A model generated the notes under the pieces. The model ran no database searches. It worked only from the letters and a program-made list of their open reading frames with translations, and had not been told where the DNA came from. From contig CM106585.1 in the NCBI GenBank assembly GCA_048013815.1, positions 8,246,001-8,310,000 of the forward strand: a DNA stretch of 64,000 nt. Reading direction: 5' to 3'. This DNA is from Setoptus koraiensis. Its lineage: Eukaryota; Animalia; Arthropoda. Positions 1 to 12,284 of the stretch are shown piece by piece. Within the stretch, counting starts at the first letter, position 1. Every line of letters begins with the position of its first letter. A program made the position numbers and the translations under genes.

Positions 1-2
1 AA

Positions 3-2037
3 CAACAGCAGCAGCAGGCAGCGGTCAATTTGAAACCGCACGCAACCGGAAATGGTAACCAGGCGCTGCCACTGGACATTAGCAAACCGGCCAGTCTGAT
101 TGTGGCCGCTGTTCAGCGTCGCCAGGACAATCTGCAAGCGCTCGCTTCGTCGGTGTTGCCCAGTCTCATGGATGGGGCCCATCATCACAATCACCATCAT
201 CACAATCACCATCATCATCATCATCAGCGCGATCAGCCAACGATGAGCCACAACCATTTGCAGATTGGCCGAACGGGCGCTCAACAATCGCGCCCATCGG
301 CCAATCTGTTGCACATGATGCAACAAAACATCCAGCCAACTGTGGGCGCCAATGTGATTCCGGCCGGCGCAAATCCGCAGCAGCGACAGTCGACCGGCCA
401 CGACACCTCCAGCAACAACAACTCCAACAGCAACTCCAACAACAACGACAATTTCAATGCAAACAACAATGCGACAGATAACAACGTCAACAGCAACAAC
501 AACAACAACAACAAGCAACAGGTGGACACGGCGCAAAAGTTGGCGCAGGCCGCCCAAGAGGCTCAAGATCTCAAAGACACCAGGGATAAGCTGCGCCTGA
601 ATCCGTTGTTGTGCTTTTGTGATAGAAGAACGACGTATTTAAATGGTATTAATATTTGCGAATTTGATGGCTTAATTGACATGTCTAAATGTGCCAAACA
701 GACCTCGGTGATATTCGGTTCAATGCCTCATTTTCATTTGAATGACCCGAGACTATTGAAGCAGGTTCACGGTCTCGAGCCAAACTCGTCAAAGCACACC
801 ACCTATTTGGACATAGAACCGGTAAGTGACACTTTGTATTCCAAGTTGCAATTTGCAACACACACGCAACTGGCTATTTGCATGTAATGTGTCTGCCAGT
901 GTCGCCACATCGAGCCAAACAACCTGCAACCCGCTACATGAGACAACTTGCCTCGGCTCAACAATTTGTCGTCGAGACAATAATCAATTAACGGCAGTGG
1001 TAAAATATTGTGTGACACAACATTGCATAACATTACGCAAAGTTATAATACATGTAATATAAAATATGTATAGCTGTGATATATACTGCAGTAGTTGTCT
1101 TTCTCTTATGGCTGTCACCACTGCAGACTGGAGAAAGGCAACAGTTTCCGATCCGCAACGACACATACAGCCGGCATGAGAAAAACAAACAAGAGATAAA
1201 CTATCCAATTAATATCCTATTGTTATCGCACACACTTGTGTCGTGTGATGCATCTCGCCATCTAATCTCTGACATGCCAGCCAATCTAGTGAGATTTGGC
1301 GAGATCTGGCGAGATCCGGCGAGATCTGGCGAGATCTAGTCAAACAACGACAATAATTAGTTCTCTTCTAACGATTGTTGTCTTTCTGTATTATTTTCAT
1401 TAGAATACTGGCCTGGTTTTGGGAGGAAAGCGAAGATTCCAATTGAACATAATGATAAAACACAATGTGGAGGTGGAGTAAGTTGCCCTTGCTCTCAAAT
1501 GCCAACTCTCTCTCTCTCTCTCTCTCTCAAATATGAATACTGACTCATTGATTACTACCTTGTTGGTTGCTCATTCAGGGGCTTCGAAAATATCGCCGAC
1601 ATGTTGGTGCCTGTGATGTGGATCGAGGAGTCGGCCCTGATTCCCGAGGAATCGGCCAAAAAATTCAAGACTCTCTACACGGACAGAATAAGAATGATAA
1701 ATATTGTTTTATTAAGTGCAATTATTGGCTCTATTGCGCTTGTTATCATAGACCTGAGATTTATGCTGTTCAAATCGGACAATGGCCTATCTAGGCTGTT
1801 TCGTTCATTTGCAACAATATCAACTCTTTCATCTAACAAACAAAATTTCTCCGTGGAAAAGGCCACTAGACGTCACTCGAGCCACCATCAGACTAGTTCA
1901 TCATCGTCGTCATCTGAATCTCTCTCATCTAGCCAATCTTCCTCTCACACATCAATATCAGCCTCATCTGATTCTATGGATGGCATTCATCCGGCAATGG
2001 AAAAAAGTAAAATGTTGTTGCATACTAACGACAATAC

Positions 2038-2082
<45 letters not shown>

Positions 2083-2191
2083 CGACGACGACGACGACAA
2101 CGACATAGTAATAGATAGACCATTGGATCATTCAGGCCAGAACCAGAAAACAGTCAATATGAATAATAGTGACTCAATTGTTTCCAATTGA
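3..2191 (+). CDS. CD36 / scavenger receptor class B family protein, 3' part (5' end lies outside the window); exons <3..821, 1404..1477, 1579..2191
   Basis: The spliced translation gives the CD36-family C-terminal signature: LCFC..C..DGLIDMSKC..SMPHFHLNDPRLLKQVHGLEPNSSKHTTYLDIEP|NTGLVLGGKRRFQLNIMIK..|..MLVPVMWIEESA, followed by a TM helix (INIVLLSAIIGSIALVII). Introns 822..1403 (GTAAGT..TAG) and 1478..1578 (GTAAGT..CAG) keep the frame. The orthologue (SCARB1/LIMP-2/croquemort-type) cannot be assigned by eye. Confidence 0.92.
1291..1337. repeat. 10-bp tandem repeat (GAGATCTGGC variants), about 5 copies, inside the CD36 intron
   Basis: gagatttggc gagatctggc gagatccggc gagatctggc gagatct, read directly. 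Confidence 0.9.
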
Positions 2192-4560
2192 GATTATAAT
2201 ATCTCACAAAAGAAAAAGAGATAATAATATTGTATTATTTAAATTAACAACCAGTTCCTGAGCAGTGTACATAGAGAGATAAATAAATGTCAGAAGTAAA
2301 AACAAACTATGTTTGACAACAAGAACAAATCAATTTGAACATTTGAATAATGACCGCGCCTATCTATCTATCTAGCTAGTTATGCACTAGTTGTTGTCGT
2401 TATTGTTGTTATTATCATTATTATTATTATTGTTTCCTGTCTTTATTGATGGGCGACATGTATTGCTGGCCTTGTGCCTTCGACCTAGATCGACGAAAAA
2501 TGGCATTACTGCCATTAATGATACAACGGTGGACAACCAGTGTCACGATTCATGGTGCAATCAGCTGACGATTGCCGTCTACTGTGGTGGCATAAATGGG
2601 AAGCGATGGTCAAGGCATATGCGACATGGTGTTACTTGGCTTCAATTGTTACCAATAACAATAATGTGCCATTTTAATTGGTCCCAGAGAGTTATCTGGT
2701 TGGCACACTGGCAAAAAGATGGCAATTTGATGGCGCGATAAAATGGCATCTTTTTGTCAGTTTGTACAATGCAAGTATTGCGAGTTTGGTATTGGTCGTT
2801 CATAATACAGACTTCAATCTGTTTCGCGAACAACAACAGAATTTTCAACTCATTTCAATCAGTTCTCTCGGCTTATTAGTCGACTGTTGGCGACTCGCAA
2901 AATTCATTTTTAGTCATTTATTTGTTGTTCTATCAACACATTTCAATCGCAATTTCGCATTTCCACAACGAGTTACGCTTACATTCTGCTCGCCCCAACT
3001 GTAATTTTTAACTATAATATCACAATTTAGATCTAGTGTAATCGAGCCGGGCAAGTGAGCAAACATTGATAGGTGGTGGTCACTTGGCGCCAGTGCTCCA
3101 TTGATCCAGCAACGAAGGCATCAAATATTGGCGAGCAAACAGAGAGGAAGAGAAAGAGAGAGAGAGAGAGAGAGAGCGAAGGTGCCATAAAGAACGGTGG
3201 ATGACGCAATAGAGAGCAATCAGAATGCTAATCGGCTGCTTCGAATGTGTTCGAAGCAGCGAGTTCGAAATTCGAGCGAACACAACAAAAAATGTTCGCT
3301 CGATTCGAAGCCTGAGCGAACAGCAAAACAACAATCAAATAATGCGTGCGCATCGCATTTGACAATGTGTGAGTATTATGGTGCGCAGCTTGAACAGAGA
3401 GCGGCGGAATGTGCGCCTGTGCCACTGTTCCTGTTGTCTTCCTCTTGCTGTTGTTGTTGTTGTTGTTGTTTGTTTCCTAAATAATAATTACATGTATACA
3501 TACCATAAGTTGAATAATCCATTGTATGTTCTCATTCTCTCAACTATTTTATATTATTATTACCACCACCACCACCACCACCACAACAACCATCACCATT
3601 ATTTTATATAGTCTGTCTCACTTGCTCCATACGAGAGAAAATACTGCCAGAGAAACTAAATCGCAATAGAATTCTCTCTTCCTCCTCCTCACCTCGTTGT
3701 TGTTCTTCTAAACCCAATTAAATTCACCACCATTTTGTTGTTGTTGTTGCTGTTGTTGTTGTTTATAATAATGCAGTTGTTGTTCATGTTCTCTCTGCCC
3801 CTTAACACTTATTCACACATATTAATTCAATTACCAGCGTCACAATGAACACTCACAACAAACAAACGAACCAAACAACCAGCCAACAAATTAACAACAA
3901 ATATGTTTTATTACAACAACTCGTTCAACTAGACAGCAGTATCATCAACCATCAACGCCACACTTATATATACTAATATATATTTATATCTATATATAAT
4001 TATATATATTTATATATATATATTTATACATTACATATTGGAGCGCATCACAGGCTAATGCTTGCATATAATCGTTCCAATCGACATTGGATATTTACAA
4101 ACGACACTATTGTAATCAGTCAGACACACAAGCGACATACTGACAGTTGTTGGCGTATGAATATCGCCAGGCAGAGTCGTTTACGAGATCATAATAGCAA
4201 AGTTATAGATAACCCACAATAAACACATTGTTGTGATGCTATCAACAACTTTGATATCGATCGCTCAATTGATCACCTGATAGTTTACAGCTCGCTATTC
4301 ATCTAACAATAATAACAATTATCAATATTGGATCTCCTGATTGTACGATTCGCAAATAAACAACAACCGCCTCATTGAATCGAACGTGCAACATGACTAA
4401 ATGTGCCACTGATACATGAACTACTACTGGCCCTCACCAATACCCATCACAATCAATGGGATTTTATTACTAAAGCACCAATAATTACAACACTACAGTA
4501 AATCATTAATATTATTACTATTGTTATTATTCACACATTTATCGAACACACAAAAAGGAC

Positions 4561-6483
4561 ATGGATAAGGAACGACAAGTCGACAGTTCCTCTTCTGACA
4601 TATCCAAAAGAACCACAAGAGGATCGATTCAATCAGCAAGCATATCATCGCCATCAGCAAATTTGACCTCAATTATCACAGATCACAAGGACACCGATTC
4701 TTCGAAGGTACCCAAAACAAGACCCATCGCCAATAATCAACAAAGCTTGGCCAGCCTAAGCCAGCTTGAACAGCGTAATATGTAAGTACATTTCATCTGA
4801 ACATATATATGTAACCATATGCACTCAAACAGCTGATATTGTCACCCATGAGATACTAATCTGGACATTAATTCCTCCACAATTCATCTCACCTTCTGAA
4901 ACAGCCTAAACACCATATCCAAGGCCTTGAAAAAGAGCCCGCCGGATCGCAGCGACCAAGATGAACAACTACTGACTGAGTGGAGCTGTCTCATACCCGA
5001 AATAGAGGCTCGCAAACAGCGCTCTGAACTACTGAAACAGAGATCTATTGAACAGGAGGAGCCATTTGAATCCATTGAGAAGAAGGCCACAATTTTGGCA
5101 CATTTGATTCGAACTCACAAATCTATAATCGTTTACACGGGAGCTGGCATCTCGACCTCTGCATGCATACCAGACTATCGCGGGCCCAATGGACTGTGGA
5201 CGCAATTGAAGAAAACAGGAGCCTTCTCCATAACCAAAATACTTAATTTGGCCGCTGCTGAACCCACTTATACTCATATGGCCATTGAGGAGTTATGTAG
5301 GCGAAAAATCATAGCCCATGTTGTTTCTCAAAATTGTGATGGTCTCCATTTACGCTCTGGTATACCTCAGACAAGCCTCTCTGAGATACATGGCAACATG
5401 TACATAGAAGTTTGCACAAATTGCAATAGGCTCTACTATCGTCTAGCTGATGTTACAGAGAAAACATCAAGATTCCATCATAAGACTGGCAGAAAATGCC
5501 ATGATTGTATTGAACCTAACAACAATCTCATAGATACTATCGTGCTTTATGGTGAAAGAAGCAAGTTAGACTGGCCCATGAATTGGACAACCGCTACTAA
5601 TGTGGCACGAAAAGCTGATCTTATCATATGTCTTGGCTCTAGTTTGAAAACTTTGAGGCGCTACGAGGCCCTGTGGCCAAAGAAAGCTGACCGAACATTT
5701 GCACAAGACACAAAACTAGTCATTATCAATCTTCAGTATACTTCAAAAGGTGCAGTAATCATAGCTAAAACTTTATCATAGTTTCTTATTATTACTACTT
5801 GAGATATCTTATATCACATACTGACTGCTATATTTCAAACTACCAATTTCTTTCATTTCACAGACAAAAATGCGTGTTTGAAAATCAATGGAAAATGTGA
5901 TGATGTCATGAAGCTGGTAATGCAAAAACTGAATATAAAGGTTCCCTCATACGATTGGTTTTCTGATCCTCTCCTCAGATTGCAGACGCCATTCTCCGAG
6001 GAAGAGAAAACACAATTGAAACGTGTTTTATTGTTCCAGGATCAATCTAGAGGCGAAAAGCTCTCACTTAGAGAATCTCCCAATTTAATATCCGAGATAT
6101 CTGACGACCCCGAGACGAAGCAAGTGAAGATGCGCATCAGGATTAATACGCATCCCAGTATGGTCAAACGAATCGATGAGGATACAAAACTACATGAAAA
6201 GGCTATAGATGTGAAACCGAACATTGATCTAAATGCCTCAATACCTGGTTGGTTGGGAAAAAGTCTCACAGGCGCAAAGAATCCTTCTTCGAAGAGAAAG
6301 AGGCATGGTAATAAGGGTAAGAAGCGAGGTAGTAAAAGAGCTGGGTTAATGTTAAATGAGGATGATGTTATATCTCATGAGAAAGACGAGACGCTAGAGA
6401 ACTCCTGTAGCACCACCGCTTCCATTGTTGACAAAATTTTTCCAAAAAACGAGATCACTATCAAGACTGAAAGTCTAAATTAA
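4561..6483 (+). CDS. SIRT7: NAD-dependent deacetylase sirtuin-7; exons 4561..4781, 4905..5749, 5864..6483 (561 aa)
   Basis: Motifs VYTGAGISTSACIPDYRGPNGLWT, VVSQNCDGLHLRSG, SEIHGNMYIEVC (catalytic His), Zn-binding CTNC/CHDC, DTIVLYGE, CLGSSLK and NLQYTSK|DKNACLKINGKCDDVM match SIRT7 better than SIRT6. GT-AG introns 4782..4904 and 5750..5863 are frame-consistent. Confidence 0.93.
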
Positions 6484-7217
6484 ATTTGGCATTCGATAAA
6501 AATAAACAAGGTGCAACCACCTTTCAGAGCACCCATAATGCACCCGCGACTCTTTTGTTCTTGTGGCCGCTACAGAGGCATTGGTTTCTCGTTCACAACA
6601 TCTGTCAAGGTATAATTGTTGTGGAACGTCGCAAACTGAAGTACATTGTTTTTATGCAAAATTTCCATGCTGTTGATATATCTAAAAGATTGCTTTACAT
6701 ACCATTGATACCAAGACGACAAGAAATATCTGCTGCGATATATTGGTTAACTCGGCTTAAGCTACGCTAGTGTGAGGCTAGACAATGAACCGCGCAGTAT
6801 CTCATTGCCTATCGCTGATTGACGACGGCCTTCCTATAGTATCAGCTGCAAAGCGTTGTCAATATAAATACGAGATCAATTTTTTATCTCGATCACACTA
6901 ACAAATATATATACATTATTTTATTATTTTTACTTACAGAAGATAGCTCAAGACCTATCAATGCGACACATTTTTACTGTTTGGTAACTCAATAGTTAGC
7001 GTCGACAAATGACATATTATCGACTTTGTCGTTGTCATCGTTCATGTTGTCCAATTATCACAACCGCTAAACGGACAATATATTGGCGCGTCTAGTGAAT
7101 TCATAAGGGACCCGGCGAATATTTTTCATTAACAATATTGTTGTAGTCGTCGTAAATAACTTCCGAATATAGAAGACATAGATCACGCCCAATCACAGAA
7201 GATCAGAGGTGGTGAGC

Positions 7218-9790
7218 ATGGCACCATCTATCACACACGACGGCTCAATTAAGGATGCCTCTCGGCGGTCCAAAGGACAGGATAATGATCACTCGGATGT
7301 TGATGAATTCACGTATGGCACCGATTGCGATTCATCAGCCGCAGAGGACTCTTATTTGTTGCATTACGATAGTCCCGAATGCGCCCTATTGGCATATGCC
7401 AGAACCAACAAATTAGATAAATTACGCAATCTTTTACAGGCCAGGCGAGCTAGACAAATAAATCTAGATCTTAATTTCAAGGGACGCCAAAAGCAAAATT
7501 TCAGCTGGTCTGCGTTACATCTGGCTAGTTACTTCGGCAATGTTGACATTGCTAAGGAATTGCTGAGATACTTCAGCACAGAAATAGATGTTAATATTCA
7601 AAATAATCTTGGAGACACTCCATTACACAAGGCCACATTAACACAACGAGAGGATATGGTACAATTATTATTAGAATACAATGCTGACATATTCATTAGA
7701 AACTCCGACGGATTAACTGCAAAGCAGCTCACTCAACACAATCGTATTGTTGATCTCATAGATGCAGCCGAAAGTGCCGATTATAATCGGCGTAAGCTAA
7801 CTCTATTAGATGCAATTATCAACAATAATCTAGAGTATGTCAAGAAAAGCATATCAATCTATGATTGTGCCTCACAGCATGTTGGCCCTACTACTACCGC
7901 AACTGGTCTATCATCAACTGATGCAAATACTCCATTCAACTCCAATTCAATTGAAAACCAACAAAAACAACTACTGAATACAAATCTAGATATACGTTAC
8001 ATCACAGATGACAGAGGAAACACCCCGCTACATTTGGCTGCGTTGAGAGGACACAAAGCTATGTGCGTTTTGTTACTCGAGAAAGGTCTAAAGCCTCATG
8101 TTAAAAATCATCGTGGGCAAACAGCAATAGAGGTGGCCACATTTCAGATTCGACAGCTCCTAATGAATGTCAAACCATCAGATACTCAAATTAATAGGAT
8201 AACTAAGCAGCACTCCGTCAGGAGATTCGAAGGTCAACTCATGAAGAAGGTGCGCTTCCTTGGCTGGAAACCGATCTATGCCGTCCTGGAGAATGGCGTC
8301 TTCTTAATATTCAACAATCGGAGTGATTCCATGAACAAATCTCGCCGTGGTTACAAGTATCTCGAATCTGCCACATGCGAACCGGACCCTGTCAATGTTG
8401 GTGTCTTCTGTATATGCTTTTCGGATCGTTCCAGAGTACTATTAATGATTCCATCAAACTCAGTCACAGCCACTAGTCCCTATTTGGCCAACGAATCTGA
8501 CCAATGCTCTAAACCTGTGATAATAACTTCTACTTCCACCACTAACGCAACTCAATCACCAAATAGAAATATAAAACTCGTAGAATTGGCCAGACAGAAA
8601 TGGACTGATGCAATAAATGACCATATACGTTATTCAACTGAATTCATCAAAAAAGGTTTGCGCTTGAACGAAGATGATGACGATGACTATTGCGACAATG
8701 GCGCCGTAGGTGGCCTGTCCAATTTGAATCAGCTACTTCCTATCGACACAATAACATCAATATTCCAGGAGGCCAGAGCCCATCAGAGCATTCTAGAGCG
8801 TCATGCAACCTCGTTGACCTCTCTCATTGAAAGTATACCTTCTATTAGTGCAATAGTTTTACAAGGGAAAACAAACGGCAGTGGGACTGATAATCAAAAT
8901 CAAAAAGCACAGGATTCCTCATATCGGCGCAATAGTTCTACTTCGCAACATACACAAGAACGGCCCCCCTCGGGTGGTATTTTTAGTCGAATGGCGTCAA
9001 GTTATCGCTCCGGGCGTAGTCAAACAATATCAGAAGTTCCCGGTGATAGTCACAAGAACCTCGCGGATAATGCACCAGATAGCAGTGGCTTCAACGAGAG
9101 TAGCGTGAATCACCCAAGTATGCCGGTAGCCTCGGAATTCCTCCAAGAAACCTGGCCTTCTGTTTTGTTTCATCTGAAATTGCTGATAGAAAGCTCTCAA
9201 CATACCAAGGCAACCTTGTCTCAGGCGTTGAGTTTGATGGAACACCAAGAACACATGAGACAGCAAAGAATTCAAGACCAAGAAGAAAGATGTCGAGTGC
9301 TTGAGGATTCTCTGCACATGTTAGCTCGGGATCATCACGAATTAGAAAAGTCTATATCTACAACTAGCCTATTGTACAATACTGCAATGGCTAGGACTGT
9401 ATCCATATCAACTGTCAACACGGATCTCAATGAGTATTTTGATGCTTTTGAAGATTTCGATGACGAAAAAACTGTCACCCCGAGTTCCATGCCCAGCGAT
9501 GATGAAATTGATTTCGAAGACATGCCACCTAATTTTTTAGGTAACAAAACAAAACAAAAAAGCAACATTAAAACATTGAATGAGGCCATTATGAGAGAAC
9601 GGTCACCAGCAAACAACGGCAAGCTTGTCAGTAACGAATCGCAATTAGCTAAAGTTAATGTGGAGTTAGAAGATGACGACGATACTAGAAGTGATTGTTC
9701 CGCTTTAACTGTGGAGAATAATAATGAACAATCCGAATTGGGAGTGGTGCATTTCGATGGAGTGATCACAAATCAGGGTCAAAAAAATAG
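7218..9790 (+). CDS. OSBPL1A: Oxysterol-binding protein-related protein (ORP1L type), exon 1: ankyrin repeats, PH domain, FFAT motif
   Basis: Ankyrin motifs WSALHLASYFG, GDTPLHKA and GNTPLHLAALRGH. PH domain FEGQLMKKVRFLGWKPIYAVLENGVF..RQKWTDAI. FFAT motif EYFDAFE. The exon ends AG|GTAAGC at 9790/9791 (phase 2). First ATG is 7218. Full spliced CDS 7218..9790, 12285..13510, 13594..13787 = 1330 aa. Confidence 0.9.
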
Positions 9791-12284
9791 GTAAGCAACT
9801 ACTACAATACATAGTTCTATGTCATGCATGTGTCAATTTGACTACGTATCGCTCGCCTTTGCCAATGAGTTTATGAGTAGAGTATCTATAGATCTTCGTT
9901 GAAATCTCTTCTCCTATTTCCTACTCAGTAAACCACCCGTTATTAGTGATGCTGAAACATCCGCTAGCGATAAGTGTGATCTAGCCGATCAATTAGTTGA
10001 AGCATCTTAGTAGGCTAGTACTCAATCGTTCTTCGGCTCGTTCAAAAAAAATAGGAGGAAATAAGGTCATATCCGAGTGGACACAAATTTGACTTTGAGA
10101 AACAATGATTATAACAGTGGTTATCGATTGATGATGATAAAGTGTACTTGTGCATGTCACCCAATTTTTTCAATACCAAGTAAATTCACTCAATAGATCG
10201 TCTAGATCTCAGCTGGTAGCAATTGTCATAAATATGCTACTGAACGTCTCTAAGCAAACACGATAGAGTTTGGCCAACGTCACCTCAGACACTTTCGTGT
10301 GATTAGAGGTAGTACATCAATTGCAATTGTAGACTAGTTTCAGTTGAAAATTATCAATAGAGATCGTACAAATCTAGCTAGCAATGTCACATGTTTCATG
10401 TCTATGGTAGTGAAGTCGAAATTGCGCATTTTCATTTTTTTGTTTGTTTCGCTGATAAAGTACGGTATACTAATATATCACAAGTAGTACTGTAATCTGT
10501 TATTGTTGTAGATGACAAATTGGTTGTGTCGCGTTAATCAAATCATTACATCCGTTCAGACTTCTTGTGAGATTATACTTTAAATCCATACATGTATCCA
10601 TCGAAATTGAAATGATCTTGATAAATTCGATTGAAACAGCGAACAAACAGACAAATTGTCTGACTGATTGACAGGCAACTTTGATGTTATCCGTTTTTCA
10701 AAAGGAATGTCGACAATTGATTTGGGTTATTATCGCGTAATATCAACATCATCTGATACGTTAATTTGAAACATGCACTTGCAATTTTAGAGATCTTTTG
10801 CGCCGTTTTCATACAACACTTTCAAGGGTTTTCCTGTGTTCGCGTCGAGCATGCGACATGTACTCGTCTGTGTGCAAATGTAAACAAATCTCTGCGTATA
10901 AATGTGTGTCCATTGTACAATTGTTAGTGGAAACATTCGCAACATTTATTCATTTCAAGATGAGCGTATTTGTTGAAACATCGTATGGTTTTATTTGATT
11001 GTTAGTCATGCCATCTTTTGTTTATATCACCGAATGAAGGGACCTCACCAACAATGGGACATGATGCATGCAATTGACTAGTGACAATTAGCATTAGAAT
11101 ATCCCCTCGTTATATCACACGAAAATAATTGACCTGGATCAAATCACATGACACCTGCCCGAGCAAACACACTTACCATATAGAATTACATTGTATCCTC
11201 GAAATCTGTCCAATATTGCAAGAAAATATAATCGTTGGATTTACGCCCGTCTGGATAATATTTGCATAATATATTACACATCCATAGATATACTATTAAT
11301 ATCAATAGTATATTAATACATAACCAACCTGCACCGATCACACGAGGACTCATGAGAAAATAAAATAGGGTTGCCGCTGATCCTCTATCCACTGATAGAA
11401 TTGCCGCTGGATTTGGGCAATTCATGATACATTCGGACTGGTGAATATTTACATTCTCCCACGGAACGTTTCTGTATCAGCAACAAACAAAGCTCAGTGG
11501 TGGCAGCAATTAATTTGAAAGCCTTTGTTGTTGACGGTCTGTTGATGTAGTAGTTGTAAATATAGGGATTCCCAAACAGAGAAACTAGTCAGTTTCGTGA
11601 ATCATATCCATTAACAACAGTGACACATACACCATACAGACAAACAACAGGCGACAACAATAGCTAGAAATAGCGACCATCATCGTATATTGTTGTCATA
11701 AAAAATATACTGTTTCGTTGTTATCATCGATATCGACAAACATCATCAGAACGACAAAACAGCCTTGTTGGTCGTGATGATCTTTCTCATGGTGTTGGAC
11801 CAAATTCTAGTTCGAAAGTAATCTTTTTCAGAGATACAAAAAAGTTCTCAAAGGCGAATTTACTGTGTAAAATATTCCAATAGTGTATGCATATTTGATG
11901 CTATTCACACAATACACTACCAACAACAATTTACCAAATTTATCATAATTTAAGACCACCACACACATAAATAATCGAGATCAATTATCACAGGTTATAT
12001 CAATATTAACTTGCCACCATGGGTGATTTTGCCACAGAGCAGAAACAGTCCAATGAAAGTCAATCAAAGTCACACAGGTACACAATACTATTGCATCATA
12101 TCAAGTATTGGCATTGTTGGTCAATCAATACTAAAAGTTACAACTACACTTCGCCATGATATATTCATGTGTGAACTAACAACTAATCAGCTAATGCATG
12201 AGCCGAGACACTCCTAACCATTTGTTATAATTCTTTTTATTTTTCGCTACTCTTGCCCCTACTAATTAACTAATTGATATGCAG

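Noticed and set aside
1127-1339. CAG|ACTGGA as the next CD36 exon (starts TG..)
   Set aside because: The exon at 1404 (NTGLVLGGKRRFQLN) fits the family consensus far better and splices in frame to the next exon.
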